From positions 44,451,040-44,515,039 of the forward strand of contig NC_057721.1 in assembly GCF_004010195.1 (NCBI RefSeq): a stretch of 64,000 bases of DNA, written 5' to 3'. Numbering within the stretch: the stretch's first letter is position 1; the number at the start of each line of letters is the position of its first letter. Below are positions 12,085 through 25,616 of the stretch, one piece after another. The position numbers and the translations under genes are program-made. Below the pieces are notes generated by a model that was not told the DNA's origin, did no database searches, and worked only from the letters and a program-made list of their open reading frames with translations. The DNA comes from Chiloscyllium plagiosum. Lineage: Eukaryota.

Positions 12085-13290
12085 GGCACTTCAAAACTTG
12101 CAGATGATATGAAGCTTGGAAACATTGTGAACAGTTTGGAAGGTAGTGCAGATCTTCAAAGGCTATAGATGTTGGATTGAGTGGATGGGTTATGAGTAAA
12201 ATTTAAACAGAGAAGTGTTAAATGATTAATTTTGGCAGAAACAAAAAGAAGAGCCAATGTAAACTAAAGGATACAATTCCCAAAATGGATTCAGCAACAG
12301 TGGTATTCAAGTGCATAAGTTGTTGAAGATGAAAGGAAAGGTTGAGAATGTGGATAATAAAGCGTATAGCATTCTAAGCTTTGTTATTAGAGACATAGGG
12401 TGAATAAACAAGGAGGTTATGGGAAACCTGTATGGAACACTATTTTAGCCTCAACTGAAGTATTGTGTTTTTAGTAATGATTTTATATTCACTCGTGTAA
12501 TGTGGCATTGCTGGCTGGCCAGGATTTATTGACTGTCTCTTTTGCCCTTAAGGAGGTGGTGGTGAGCTGAGTTCTTGAACCGCTGCAGACCATGCACTGT
12601 AGATTGACCCACAATGCCTTTAGGGAGAGAATTCCAGGATTTCAACCCAGCAGCACTGAAGTAACGGCGATATATTTCCAAGTCAGGATGGTGGTGGTGT
12701 TCCCATGTATCTGCTGATCTTGTTGTCCTAGATGGAAGTAGTTGTGGGTTTGGTAAAACTGTTGATGATACCTTCCATCACTTTACTGATGCAAGTATCT
12801 ACTTCCAGGGATCAGACTTTAGGAAAGACACAATGGCATTGGAGAGAATGCATTAAAAAGTCACAGAAATGGTTCTTGGGCGAGGATCTTTAATTCATTA
12901 TAAACTGGAGAGATTGTGATTGTTTTTCCTGTTGAAGGGAAGGCTAAGAGATTTGATAGCAGTATTCAAAATCATGAGGCATCTGCACAGGGTAGATAGG
13001 GGAAATCCTTTCCATTCTTGGAAGAAGAGAAGAAACAGAATGGCACAAATGATATTTCTTGACAAGAGAAGCAAAGAAACATGAGGAAAAACAGTGAGTG
13101 GTTAATATCTGGACTGCACTAACTTGATGGTGTCCTGAATTCAGTTTCAGCTGAGAGGGAATTGAATTATTAACTGAAAAGGAAGATAATTTGGAAAGAA
13201 GGCTTGGTAGTGGCACTTGGTATGTTGCTCATTCAGTAAGCCAGCACAGACGCAACTAGCCAAATTGTATCCTATTCTGAAACTATTCTG
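12085..13290 (+). mobile_element. Old CR1 RT remnant with a nested family-B LINE 3' end (about 12480-12790, minus)
   Basis: SKLADDMKLG at about 12091 (KFADD motif) and a RPQL.YCV remnant. Confidence 0.6.
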
Positions 13291-15029
13291 TGATACTGTT
13301 TAGTACAATTAAGATGAGAGCTATTCTGCATCAGGTAGTGAAACTGTATCTCTCCTGGGATCTAATACAGGATGCCTTCTACTCCATTTCATCACTTCAC
13401 ATTAAAAATATTATTGATTCTTTCAAAACACTGACATAATTGCAGGAAAAGGTTGTAAGTTTTTACTTTAAAATTTGTGGCTTTTTCCAAATTAACATCA
13501 GGTTAATTGGCCTTTTGGTCATTAATGTTTACCAGGATCAAAATTTTATCAAGTATGTGTGTATATCCCTTTTCAAACATCTCTGCTCTCTCACTTGTAA
13601 TGATTTTGCACAGTTTCACTTCTTGGCTGCTGTCTACACTCAAAGCAGTTCCAGTCATCAGCTTTGTAATTGACAGTTAATTATTTATCTCTCTTGCTTG
13701 TTTAAAGCAAACACACACCCTGGGGTTTAGGAAACCGGATGAACCACAACACCAGAAAGCCAGCTCCAGGCAGAAGATTCATGGTGAAATTAATCCTTAA
13801 ATTGTGCTTAAAATGTAAAGGTTTGGTAGATTCTCAACACCCAAATTCAAACATGACAAATAATATCGCATGATTACTGAAGTACAATCTTTTACAGACC
13901 AAAAACAATCAATATTTAATTCATGACTGAATTGGCTTTTTCTCAACTGGAAGATTTTCCGAAGATATTTAAATTTTATTCAAAGTCAGTCCTAATCTGC
14001 AGTTTGAGGTCTCAACATTCTTCAATTAGTGCATTTTAACGAGAGGAAGCATTGAATCTTCAAGCACTGAGTCCTTTGAAGTTAGAGTGCCCCAGTTTAG
14101 AGAATTCCTTCTGTGAAATCTCAGCCATTGAACATTTCAAGGTGGTATATTCAAGAAGTTGAAAGAAGGCTTACCAAACCTTCTAAATTTATAACCACCA
14201 AAAAGCTGTGATATTCACAGTTCAATAAAGTTAACAGGTACACGTAAAAAGATATAAAAACAGAAAGAAAATGCAGGGTCAGTTACTGTTGGGATAAAAG
14301 GAGGCTTTTCTATGTCATAGCCTCAAGTTATGTACGTAAGCTTAAGCATTATGGGAGGTATGATGAGTGGAGTGACTTAATTAGATGGGATATGAAATCT
14401 CAATTTCCCAGTGGTAGGTTCGAGTGCAGAGATAGCAGTGTGATTGTGGTGTCTTGAGCTTCACAGTAGCCTGTGGCAGGTTCATATTCATTATCTACTG
14501 ATCAGGAATACTTATTAGCATAAAACCTAAAGTACATCCCAGCTCAAGGATGATTTCAACAGCAAATGAGAATCTTGTGACATAAAAACAAGGTGTTGGA
14601 GAAACTCGGGTCTGGCAGCATTTGTGGAGAGAGATAAATAAAGTTTGCATTATGAGTCCCACAAGACTCTACTCCAGAAATGAAAACCTTGTGACACTTG
14701 GTTCCCATTTGTTCAATGATGGAGTACATTGTGTCACCTAGTGCAGTTATGTGTTAGCAGCTTGCTTTGTTTAAGTCTGTACCACATGAGGGGAAGAGCA
14801 GAATAGCAGCTTCCTTGAAGGCTTGGAATCAGCAAGGGTGATCAGTGGAGTCAGTGGCATGTAGGAGTGCAAGAGACATCTAATGGAGGACTGCAAATGG
14901 AGACTAGTAACGTGCGATCAACTTGAGAGTGAACAGCAACAGGCTTATTAGACAGAACCATATATAGAGGATAGTAAGAGAGGACATCCCATTTGGACCG
15001 TTACAGACTCAAGTAAATTGAAGCAAAAT

Positions 15030-15220
15030 ACTGTTGACACTGGAAATCCAAAACAAACACAAAGTGCAGGAGAACACAGCAGATCCAGCAGCATCTGTGC
15101 AGAGAGAAACAGAATTAACGTTATGAGTGTGATGTGACTCTGCTTCAATTTTGACATTAATTCTATTTTTCTCTCCATAGACATTGCCTTATCTGCTGCG
15201 TTTCCCCAGCTTTTGTTATG
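15030..15220. mobile_element. Short fold-back (inverted) Penelope pLTR remnant
   Basis: cagcag...gcatctgtgcagagagaaacagaattaacgtt is imperfectly inverted to gacattaattctatttttctctccatagacattgcc...ctgctg. Confidence 0.55.
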
Positions 15221-16914
15221 TCTGTTACTATGGCCTAACTCAGTGTACATATGCTCAGTAATTATACTTAGAGTACAGATAAAACTCATTTATGGAGTCA
15301 GGAGCATAGAGGAGTGAGTGGGAATCTCCTGGAATCCTGATTCTTGTAGGGAGGGGAGTGAAGGAAACAATCATTCAAGGCCAAAAGAGCACTATTGGTA
15401 CTATCCAAATGTGTGTTCAGCTCAGAGAAAGACTGATGTGGGGCTGGGGTTTGGCAGATAGAGCCCTTACAGGGCTTTAACTTTACCCCCACTGACAATG
15501 ACCCTTGAGAAAGTCCTTTGTAATGTATTGAGTGAAGAGCTAGTTAAGCCTGCAAGTTCAGCCCAGTGCTTGGAATGGTGTATATAACAACGAATGTCAA
15601 CATGAACATTTGATAAACACTGAACAAAACAAATCTCTTCCTACATGAAAAGTCCCTTACACCCCTGTAATTATCAGTATATGTCAACCATGAGGCATGC
15701 AGTACATTTAGCTTTCTGACTAAGCAAGTCTCAACAAATAATGATTATGCACACATGACTAAAATGAAGTCAATGTTATGATATATATTTACAAGTGAAA
15801 TTTAAATTTGATAAACACCAGTGCCACATTCTCAAGTCTTATGTTAATCGTAATGCAGTTGTGCAGGAAGGTTTTATTTATGATGCAGAGGTTCTTTGTT
15901 TAATAGTCCAGTCGTAGCTGCTACATTATCAGCCGATGGCTGGTTTCAGCACTGAAAAACCTGCTTTTCACCAGCACTTTAAATTTTAATTGAAGTTGCA
16001 TGGACAACAGAGCAAAAGTGGTGAACACTTCTGAGTGACATACCATTGGCAAAATCCTTGTTGTCCAGCCCATTTTCCCTCACCCATCCTTTTGTCTTTG
16101 GTTGTATTGGTAAAAAGAGGAACTGCTGTTGCCAATGCACATTGGAAATCATTATGGTATAGCTCAGCACTATCCTGTTATTTGATTTAGTTCATATATA
16201 GTTGCCCCTACTCAGAGTTCTAGTCTGGGTTTGAAAAAGGACTTTGAAAGGGAACAGTTTGAACACTAGACCCCTGACAGATATGCCTGGAGAGAGTTAA
16301 ATCCTTCGATTATCTTTATCTGCTTTACCTAATGACAAATGAAAACCTTTTTCTGTCCCTGAGTGTCAGAAAAGTTATCAATATTTCTAAGTTACTTTCC
16401 GATCTGTGCATCAGGAAAGAAATTTTGGAATGAGACTGGTATCTGGGGAAGTTTGAAGAAAGGAATGCAATTATAAAGGCAAATATTAATTTTTTTTACG
16501 TGAAGTCTATATAAATGGAATATTCAGGCGAAGGGGTTATAGAGTTTGACTCTCTTAACAATCCCCCTACATACACCCAGAGACTCTTATAGTAATGTGT
16601 ACATGCTATGAAAAAATAAAATAAATAGTCATTTGGTAGTACAGGGTTTGACTGTATTTTGTCAAACCTTTTAATCTTGCATTTGTGATTTAAACTGTAG
16701 GATTCATATATATAATTTTTAATAATATTTGGCATGATTTTGATCTGGTTTTTGAGTTAGTAAACTGATGGGTTTCTCTGTGAGTCTGAAGTTAATGATT
16801 AACTAGTAATTATTTCTGGCACCTTGGCAGCTTCTTTTAAAAACAGTTTTTGAAGTCGGGCTGTGGATTGAAAGGCATTGTGCACTGTTGTTCTTTTGTT
16901 GGAAGATTTGCAGA

Positions 16915-17636
16915 GTACTTGGAAGTACATGGTAAATTAGGGCTGAGTTAGCACATCTTCATCAAGGGAGGGTCATGTCTGAAAAATCTCTTAAAATTCT
17001 TTGAGGAGGTAATTAGCAAGTTTGACAAAGGAAAGCCAGAAGGTACTGCACAAGAGGCTCCTAAATAAGATAACCTATGATGTTAGGGGTAAGGTACTAG
17101 CACGGATCAAGGATTGGCTGACTGGCAGAAGGTTCAGAGTACAGTCCTTTTCAGGATGGCAGCCGGTGACTAGTGGAGTTCTGCAGTTTTCAGTGTTGGG
17201 ACCATAATTATTCATGTTATACGTTAACAATCTGATAAAGGAACTGAGAACATTGTTGCTGAGTTTGCAGATGACACAAAGATGGATGGAGGGACGGGTA
17301 GTGTTGAGGAACCATGGAGGCTGCAGAAGGACTTGGATAGGCTAGGAGAGTAAACAAAGAAGTGGCAGATGGAATACAATGTGCGACAACCTTTTAGAAC
17401 TGCGGTGAGGAGGAATTTCATCCGCCAGAGATTGGTGAATCTATGGAACTCATTGCCACAGAAGACTGTCGAGGCCAAGTAAGACAAAGATCTATAGATT
17501 CTTGGTTAGAATTAGGATCAAATGTTTCAGAGAGAAGGCAGGAGAATGGGATTGAGAAACATATTAACCATGAACAAATGGCAGAATAGAGTGGAAGGAC
17601 CAAATGGCCTAATTCTGCTCCTATATCTTATGGTCT
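16915..17636 (+). mobile_element. Degraded, internally deleted CR1 RT plus 3' end
   Basis: WQPVTSGVLQFSVLGP and EFADDTK motifs; CR1-type 3' UTR. Confidence 0.8.
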
Positions 17637-17639
17637 GAT

Positions 17640-18386
17640 TTTTGTTTTAGAATGTGTGCGACCCAGCATGGTAAATAATGGGGCCTCAAAGGTTTGTAGA
17701 GAAATTTGAAATCTGAGGATATTTAAAGCTTAATGGAAATCCCAATAATTGAGAGACTTGTAGTTTCACTTTAAACTTTGGATAGCATTTTAGTCCTGGA
17801 AAGACCTTGGAACAGGATGGTTGTACAGCTGTACTCCTGAAAAGGGAATGATAGATTGAATGAATAGATTACCTTGGAGTGAAAGGTTAGTGTTAGTACC
17901 AGAACATGTGCTGGGATTAAGCTTAGATGTTTACTTAAGCTAAAATGTATGATTGCATCAGGGAGAAGCTATTGTAGTTCTAGAGCAAAAGTTGAAATTG
18001 CAAATGACTTAAAGCTACTAAGGTGTTAGATACAGGGATTCCAGTGTCAGTGTCATATGAGTGATGTTTGGAATTGTACCAGGAGTGGCAATTTGATACA
18101 ATACAAAACCAGTTTTGCTTGCTTTCATTTTATAAAGGAGCGTTTTGTGATTCATGAAGCTTTTACTGTATGTTTAATACTTTCAAGTTTCTAGATTGTT
18201 TGGATTAACTATTTGATCATTTTTTGTAAGAAGCTTCTGATTTATTGTCAAAGCAAGTCTGCAGCATTGCATACTTATGAGAGACCACTTAATTAAAACC
18301 AAAGCAAATAAAAATATGACCTATCAAGCTGCATTCCTGTCTGGAATCTGTGTTGTCCAGCCGTTACAACAACTGAGATCATAACA
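17640..18386. mobile_element. Possible LTR-like element (may extend left to about 16730 across the CR1)
   Basis: Ends ...GATCATAACA; the terminus is related to 8519-8590. Confidence 0.3.
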
Positions 18387-19717
18387 CTCAACTGAACATT
18401 TTGTACATTTCCATGGCAACACCTCAACCAATCATTGTTCACTTGTCAACCAATCAGAATTCTGCTGTCATTCGGTATGAATGTTGCTTTTTCTCCTTGA
18501 AATGGTATTCTTGTGAATTGTCCTGATGAATACCTTCAGTGAACTGCCTTTTTCAGTGATACTTATAATTTAAAATAGTTTATATCGATGTGAACTATAA
18601 ACAATACCAACTCATACCATAGACAAAAAAAATGCTGGAACCTTCTTGGGCAAGATATCCAAATATCCTCCATTATAAAATGTACTAGTTATAGTTTTTT
18701 TTCATTCATTTGGGGGTCGTGGGCATGGCCAGATAGCTAACATTTATTGCCTGTCCCTAGTTGCCCTTGAGAAGGTAGTCATGAGCTGCCTTCTTGAACC
18801 CTTGCAGTCCATCTGCTTTGGGTTGACCCACAATGCCATGGAGCAGGGAATTCCAAGATTTTGACAAGCAACAGTGAAGGAATGGCAATATATTTCCAAG
18901 TCAGGATGTTATGTTGCTTGGAGGGGAACTTGAAGGTGATGGTGTTACCATGTATGTGTTGCCCTTGTCCTTCTAGACGAATATGAGTTTGGAAGGTGCT
19001 GTTTGATGATCTTTGGTAAATTTCTGCAGTGCATCTTGTACATATTACACTCTGATGCTTCTGAGCAGTGATGCTGGAGGGAGTGAATGCTCACGGATGT
19101 AGTGTCAATCAAGTGGGCTGCTTTATCCTGTATGCTGTCAAACTTCTTGAGTGTTGTTCCATCAGCACTCATCCAGAGAAGTGGGAAGTATTACATCACA
19201 CTCCTGACTTGTGCCTTGTAGATAATGGACAGGCTTTGGGGAGTCTGGGAGTGAGTGACTAGCTGCAGTAACCTGCTGTTGTAGCTACTGTGTTTATCTG
19301 GCAAGTCCAGGTGAGTTTCTGATCAATGATAACCCCCAGGCTATTTACAGTGGGGGATTCAGTGATGGTAACACCATTGCATGTCAAGGGGCAGTGGTTA
19401 GACTATCTGTTATTGGTGATGGCCATACCCTGGCATTTGTGTGGCATGAATGGTACTTGCCACAGTTCAGACCAAGCCTAGATATTATCCAGATCTTGTT
19501 TCTATTGAACATGGACTGCTTCAGTATCTAAAGAGTCACAAATGGTGCTGAACATCGTGCAATCATCAGTGAAAAATCCCCACTTCTGACCTTATAATTG
19601 TCATTGATGAAGCAGTTGAAGATGGTTGCCCCAAGACAATATCCTGAGGATCTCCTGCAGAGATATCTTGGAGCTGAGATGACTGACCTCCAACAAACAT
19701 GACCATCTTCCTACATG

Positions 19718-20784
19718 GAGAAAGTGAGGACTGCAGATGCTGGAGATCAGAGTCGAAAAGTGTGGTGCCGGAAAAACACAGTCGGACAGGCAACATCCGA
19801 GGAGCAGGAGAGTCAATGTTTCGAGCATAAGGTCTTCATTAGGAATGAGGAGGTGGTCCAAGGAGGCTGAGAGATAAATGGGAGGGATGTGGGGCTGGGG
19901 GGAAGGTAGCTGGTATTGTGATAAGTAGATGGAGATGGGGGGGGGGTGTGATGGTGATAGGTAGGAAAGGGAGATGAAGCGGATAGATGGGAAGGAAGAT
20001 GGATAGGTAGGACAGTTCAAGAGGTGGTGCCAAGTTGGAAGGTTGGGTCTGGGATAAGCTAGGGGGAGAGGAAATGAAGAAACTGCTGAAATCTACATTA
20101 GTCCTGTGCGGTTGGAGGGTCCCATGGTGGAAGATGAGGTGTTCTTCCTCCAGGCATTGGGTGGCTAGTGTTTGGAGGTGGAGGAGGCCCAGGACTTGCA
20201 TGTCCTTGGAGGAGTGAGAGGGGGAGTTAAAGTGTTAGGCTCAGGGTGGTAGGGTTGTTTAGTGCATGTGTCCAGAGATGTTCTCTGAAATGTTCCTGAA
20301 GTTGGTGTCCTGTCTCCCCAATGTAGAGGAGACCACACTGAGAGCAACGGACAAAATAGATGACGTGTGTGGAAGTACGGGTAAATCTCTCTCGGACGTT
20401 GAAGGATCCTTTGGGACCTTGGACAGTGGTGAGGGGGGAGATGTGGGTGCAGGTTTTGCACTTCTTGCGGTGGCAGGGGAAGGTACTGGGAGTGGAGGGA
20501 AGTGTGGACCTAACCAGGGAGTCGCAGAGGGAATGGTCTCTGCAGAATACAGATAGGGGTGGGAGGGAAATATTACCTTGGTGGTGGAGTCTATTTGTAG
20601 GCGGTTGAAATGGCGGAGGATGTATTATATCTGGAGGTTGTTGGGGTGGAATGTGAGGACCCGGGGTGTCTGTCCGTGTGGAGATTGGATGGGTGTGGTT
20701 CAAGGGCGGAGGTATGGAAAGTGGAGGAGGAGATGCGCTGGAGGGCATCGTCAACTACGTGGGAGGGGAAATTGCAGTCCTTGA
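19718..20784 (-). mobile_element. 5'-truncated Penelope element (GIY-YIG plus pLTR) with 14-bp TSD
   Basis: TSD CATCTTCCTACATG at 19704-19717 and 20785-20798. ORF has CHRKKCKTC...HVIYFVRCSQCGLLYIGETG...FREH. Confidence 0.92.
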
Positions 20785-21114
20785 CATCTTCCTACATGTC
20801 AGATATGACTCCACCCACTGGAGAGTTTACCCTCTGATACTCATTGATTTCAGTTCTGCTAGGGCTCCTTGATTTCGCACTTGGTTGAAAACAGCCTTGA
20901 TGTCAAAGGCTGTCACTCTCACCTCACTTCTGGAATTCAGCTCCTTTAGGCATGTTTGTAACAAGGCTGTAATGAGGTCAGGAGCTGAGTGGCCCTGGCA
21001 AAACCCAAACTGGGCATCTCTGAGCAGGTTAATGCTGAGCGGGTTGATAGCTGCCTGATAGTACTGTTGATGACACTGTCCATCATTTTACTGATGATTG
21101 AGAGTAGACTGATG

Positions 21115-21308
21115 GAGCGTTCGGCCACAGGGTGGTGGGGTTGATTGGTGCGGGTGTCCCAGAGATGTTCTCTGAAGTGCTCTGCAAGTAGGCAGCCTGT
21201 CTCCCTAATGTAGAGGAGACCGCATTGGGAACAATGGATACACTAAATGACACATGTGGAAGTGCAGGTAAAACTCTGATGGATGTGGAAGACTCCTTTG
21301 GGGCCTTA
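21115..21308 (-). mobile_element. Penelope GIY-YIG fragment
   Basis: Homologous to about 20245-20420. Confidence 0.78.
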
Positions 21309-24300
21309 GATAATTTAGTTCTGCCTATCACTTACTGCTTATGCATTTTGGCACGCAAGTAGTCTTGTTTAGTAGCTTCATCAGTTTGACATCTCATTTT
21401 CAGGTGCAGTACCTGGCAAACCCTCCTGCACTCTCCATTGAACCACGATTGTGTAGGCTTGTCCTTGCTTTTCAGTAATGTAAAATATTTGCAATATATC
21501 CTGTACATTGTAAAAAGATTCAGAAATACGGTTATAAGTTTATCTTTTCTCAAATTAGTTTTGTCCCAGGGGGGTTTTTTGAGCTGTATCGCATCAGATT
21601 GAAGTAATGGTGATTACAGTATAATAAGTATTGGCATAATTGTAAATTGTATTGGCTTGAAGGCAGTTTTCTCATAGCATATCAATATCGAAGTGTTAAG
21701 TGAATCTGCTGACATGATTGTTATGACAATTCAAATGGAGTTAACCATTCATGTGAGTTAGTTAGGAATATGTGGTATGTGATCCCTTCTGAGGACACAT
21801 TGTTTCTCATCACTAGGCTTTCCTGGCACCATTCTTTAAAAAAAATTCTTGTATTCAAAAAGAAATTTCTTTCTCTAATATAGAGGTATGAATTGAAGTA
21901 ATTACTTTGGTGTCATTGCTTGTCGAGATGTTTCACTATGATAAAGGCACTATATAATTTCAAATTGCTTTTGTAACATTTATTAGGTATAAACAGTGTA
22001 TCTATAAATTCATAATTATATTTCAGAGTCATTTACTTAATATTAATCTTTGTTCTAACTAATGTAGTTATATATAATTGTTTACACTTAAATATGTAAG
22101 TCATTATAAAACATATTTACATATAAATGAAAGACCAGTAATAATATACAGTTGCATGCTTGCCATCTAACTTTACGTTAGCAAAGGCACTGAAAACACA
22201 CTAATATCAATATAATTTTAATAATCAGTGAAAAGTTTAGGTTGTGTCATTGGATTTTTGTTGGTTACCATACATTTCCATCTATAATATTACTGTTTAC
22301 AGTTTAAACATACAACATTGTTGACAGGGAATCGTCATTAGCTTATGAGTGAAGCTTTGGATTCACACTGTTTGACTACAATGGCAAACTTACTGGAGAA
22401 GTGTCTTTTGATTGTGATTCCAAATTTGAGGATCACTAATCAGGTATGGTAAGGCATGTCTTTCTTCATGGTGCTCATATTATGTAATGCTGGTATGTCC
22501 TCCAGTTGTTGGCAGTAATCTAAATATGTGGAGCAGGTTTTTTAAAAAGTATAAGCACCTGATTCAGCCTTAAAACAAATCCAACAGATTTTCTGAGACA
22601 GGACTAATTTCCATAATACATTCAACCATGTTTCCTACATGAGGACTGGAAATTCTTGATTTGCTTCTGTACCATGCGCTGACTGATTCAGAAATGCCTT
22701 AGATTAAATCAGTCTCTTTTAAATGGTACATACTATAAATGTTCCTTGGCTGTGGAAACTGGGATCAGTTAAACGCTCACAGCATGAGATTGATTTTACT
22801 GGTTGCTCTGATATGCAACATCTGGCTGTAAAATGTGAGGAACACCAGGAATTTATAAACTGAAAGAACTTCAGATTCTGTAAATCTGAGGAAGGGTCAA
22901 TCAACCCGAAATGTTAGCTCTGATTTCTCTCCAAACCTGCTGAGCTTTTCCAGCAATTTCTGTTTTGGAAACCAGGAATCAGTATTTTTGGACTCAGGAA
23001 AATATTTGAGGGGTTGGGGGATGCTGAGGGGAGGTACCCTTTTTAGGCATTCGTGTGCTGAATCTGGTTCAGTTTTGTACAAGATGATCACTTTGAATTT
23101 TTTGCAGTTCCTTTCGCCCATTGGCCTGGATTTTTGAACATGGCCAGAAAATGTAAGGGGCTTATAATCTCTATGCCATGCTATTAAACATTTCCACATT
23201 TCCCTGGGTTCATTTTAACAGACAGTTATGTCATTTTCATGGAAGCTGGCTCTCTTGAAATATTGACTATTTCCATTGTTAACACACAAATCTTAGGTTG
23301 CTTCTTTTGACATTGGACTTAATCCATAATAAGTTCATTTTTGCATGTTGATAGTTCAGGAAAAGGTTTACAAATGGCTAATTTATAGTTGGTGTAAATA
23401 TTATGCAGTGACAATGTTACTTTAGTTATTTTCCATCTCATACCTCCAAATTCTCGGCTGGCAGTCAATAGAATCAGATATCTGTGGCTCAGCTAGAACC
23501 TAGCTTTCTAAAACACTGAAAACCGAGTGTAAATTTGTGAACTTGGATGCAGAATTACTAATCAAGGTGGACCCAGATTTCTCCCGTGGCACATTAAAAA
23601 AATAATCCGCTTGCTCCAGAAGTTCAAAGTAAGATCTATGAGTTTAATAAAATAAAAGTAAGAATCTTCGACTTTATTGCCAGTGAACCAAAGGAAGCAT
23701 ATCTGGACCTAATCACTAATAGAGAGAATTGATTAATGTTATTAATCCTGCCAGAGATAGCAACTGCAATTCTGCTCTGAAATATTATGTATTATTTTCC
23801 ATAACTCATTTTTCCTTGGTCCCTTAAAATGTTCCCTACTGTTGCAAAATGTTACTCTACCATTCATTGGGATTGTTGTTATCATATACATCCCTCCTTT
23901 CGTAGCTATATTCTTAACTTACCACTAATTGTTGGCTTCTCAGTGAGACATATTGATCCAGCAAAAAGAAGCAAGAACATGTTACACAACTACCCAATCA
24001 AAGATTAGTGAAGTATTAAATCTGTTATTCCTTTCATAAAAGTGTTTTTTAAACATATTATGAATGGCAGAATTTATCTTATTTCCAAATGGATTTTTGT
24101 AACAGAATGCAAACCATACATTCCGAAGAGAAAAAGAGGGGAAAGCAGAATAGAAGGAATCCAGAAGACAAGACTATGCTGTTGTGATGTTATACAGCAC
24201 TGAAAACTCAACATTGTCTTAACCTTTCCATTGATGCAATGGTTCACATTGTCTGGTAACTGACTGAGTTGGTAAAGGGAGTACTTCACACATGTTACTG

Positions 24301-24486
24301 CACAGGCCTGGAATATTAGCTAGCTGGGCTGACTCAGGATACTTTAATATTGGTAAGCAGGATCCAATTCTGACACTTGCACCTCCATTCCTGTTTCACT
24401 CTCACATGATAAGGGTGAAAATAATGAGCCCATACACATTATATCTGTCCTTACCACCTGAATAGTGACAAGGCACAGTTCATCTC

Positions 24487-24509
24487 CACATACACACACA
24501 CACACACAC
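24487..24509. repeat. (CA)n microsatellite
   Basis: cacatacacacacacacacacac. Confidence 0.8.
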
Positions 24510-24899
24510 TTGGAATCTTTGTTCTGAATCAGAAGCCAAATAAAACGGCTATTCAACATTTATATTGAGCTACAATAGCTTGCTTTCCTTCTCACTATTG
24601 TGCCATATCCGCCACAAATTCACCTGCACCTCCACACACATCATCTATTGCATCCGCTGCACCCGATGTGGCCTCCTCTATATTGGGGAGACAGGCCGTC
24701 CACTTGCAGAACGTTTCAGAGAACACCTCTGGGACACCTGGACCAACTAACCGAACCACCCCGTGGCTCAACACTTCAACTCCCCCTCCCACTCCACCAA
24801 GGACATGCAGGTCCTTGGACTCCACCATCGCCAGACCATAGCAACATGACAGTTGGAGGAAGAACGCCTCATCTTCCGCCTAGGAACCCTCCAACCACA

Positions 24900-25195
24900 T
24901 AGAATATAGAACAATACAGCACAGAACAGGCCCTTCGGCCCACGATGTTGTGCCGAACATTTGTCCTAGCTTAAGCACCCATCCATGTACCTATCCAATT
25001 GCCGCTTAAAGGTCTCCAATGGTTCTGACTCTGCCACTCCCACAGGCAGCGCATTCCATGCCCCCACCACTCTCTGAGTAAAGAACCCACCCCTGACATC
25101 TCCCCTATACCTTCCACCCTTCACCTTAAATTTATGTTCCCTTGTAACACTCTGTTGCACCCGAGGGAAAAAGTTTCTGACTGTCTACTCTATAT
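24900..25195 (-). mobile_element. CR1 3' end inside the Penelope composite
   Basis: TAGAA(T/C)A tail at 24900; ORF FKVKGGRYRGDVRGGFFTQRVVGAWNALP. Confidence 0.9.
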
Positions 25196-25348
25196 GCACT
25201 GGTGTTTTTACTATCATAATGGATAAATCCAGCCTTCACAATTTGCTTTATAAAAATCGCATCCTGTCTTTAAAATCTTTTGAAGAACTTGTTGAAAGCT
25301 CTTGAAGATTATTCTAGTACTTGATAGTATCATGATCAAGCTTCACAA

Positions 25349-25547
25349 TTTCAGAAGTCACACTACACCAGGTTATAGTCCAACAGGATTATTTGAAACC
25401 ACAAGCTTTTGGAGCACTGCTCCTTTGTCAGGTGAAGTCAACGCTCCGTAAGCTTGTGATTTCAACTAAACCTGTCGGACTATAACCTGCTGTTGTGTGA
25501 CTTCTGACTTTGTCCACCTCAGTCCAACACCAGCACTTCCACATCGC
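25349..25547. mobile_element. Small palindromic Penelope-type element with 10-bp TSD
   Basis: AGCTTCACAA at 25339-25348 and 25548-25557. Inverted arms agaagtcacac...ccaggttatagtcc / ggactataacctg...gtgtgacttct. Confidence 0.72.
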
Positions 25548-25616
25548 AGCTTCACAACAATTAGGGAAGTCCCTCCTCCCTACATTTTATCTTAGCCTGC
25601 TGGACACACTTTCCTC

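Larger units (their letters stand above)
18697..21450 (-). mobile_element. CR1/L2-clade LINE (family B) interrupted by two Penelope insertions
   Basis: 3' end at about 18697 (ttttttttcattcatt...catttattgcc). ORF fragments TTLKKFDSIQDKAAHLI and ISLLSIISKMM. Confidence 0.82.

Noticed and set aside
22381-22452. ATG ORF MANLLEKCLLIVIPNLRITNQ with a CAG|GTATGG donor
   Set aside because: The donor would be phase 0, incompatible with the phase-1 Ig exon, and the peptide is a poor signal sequence.
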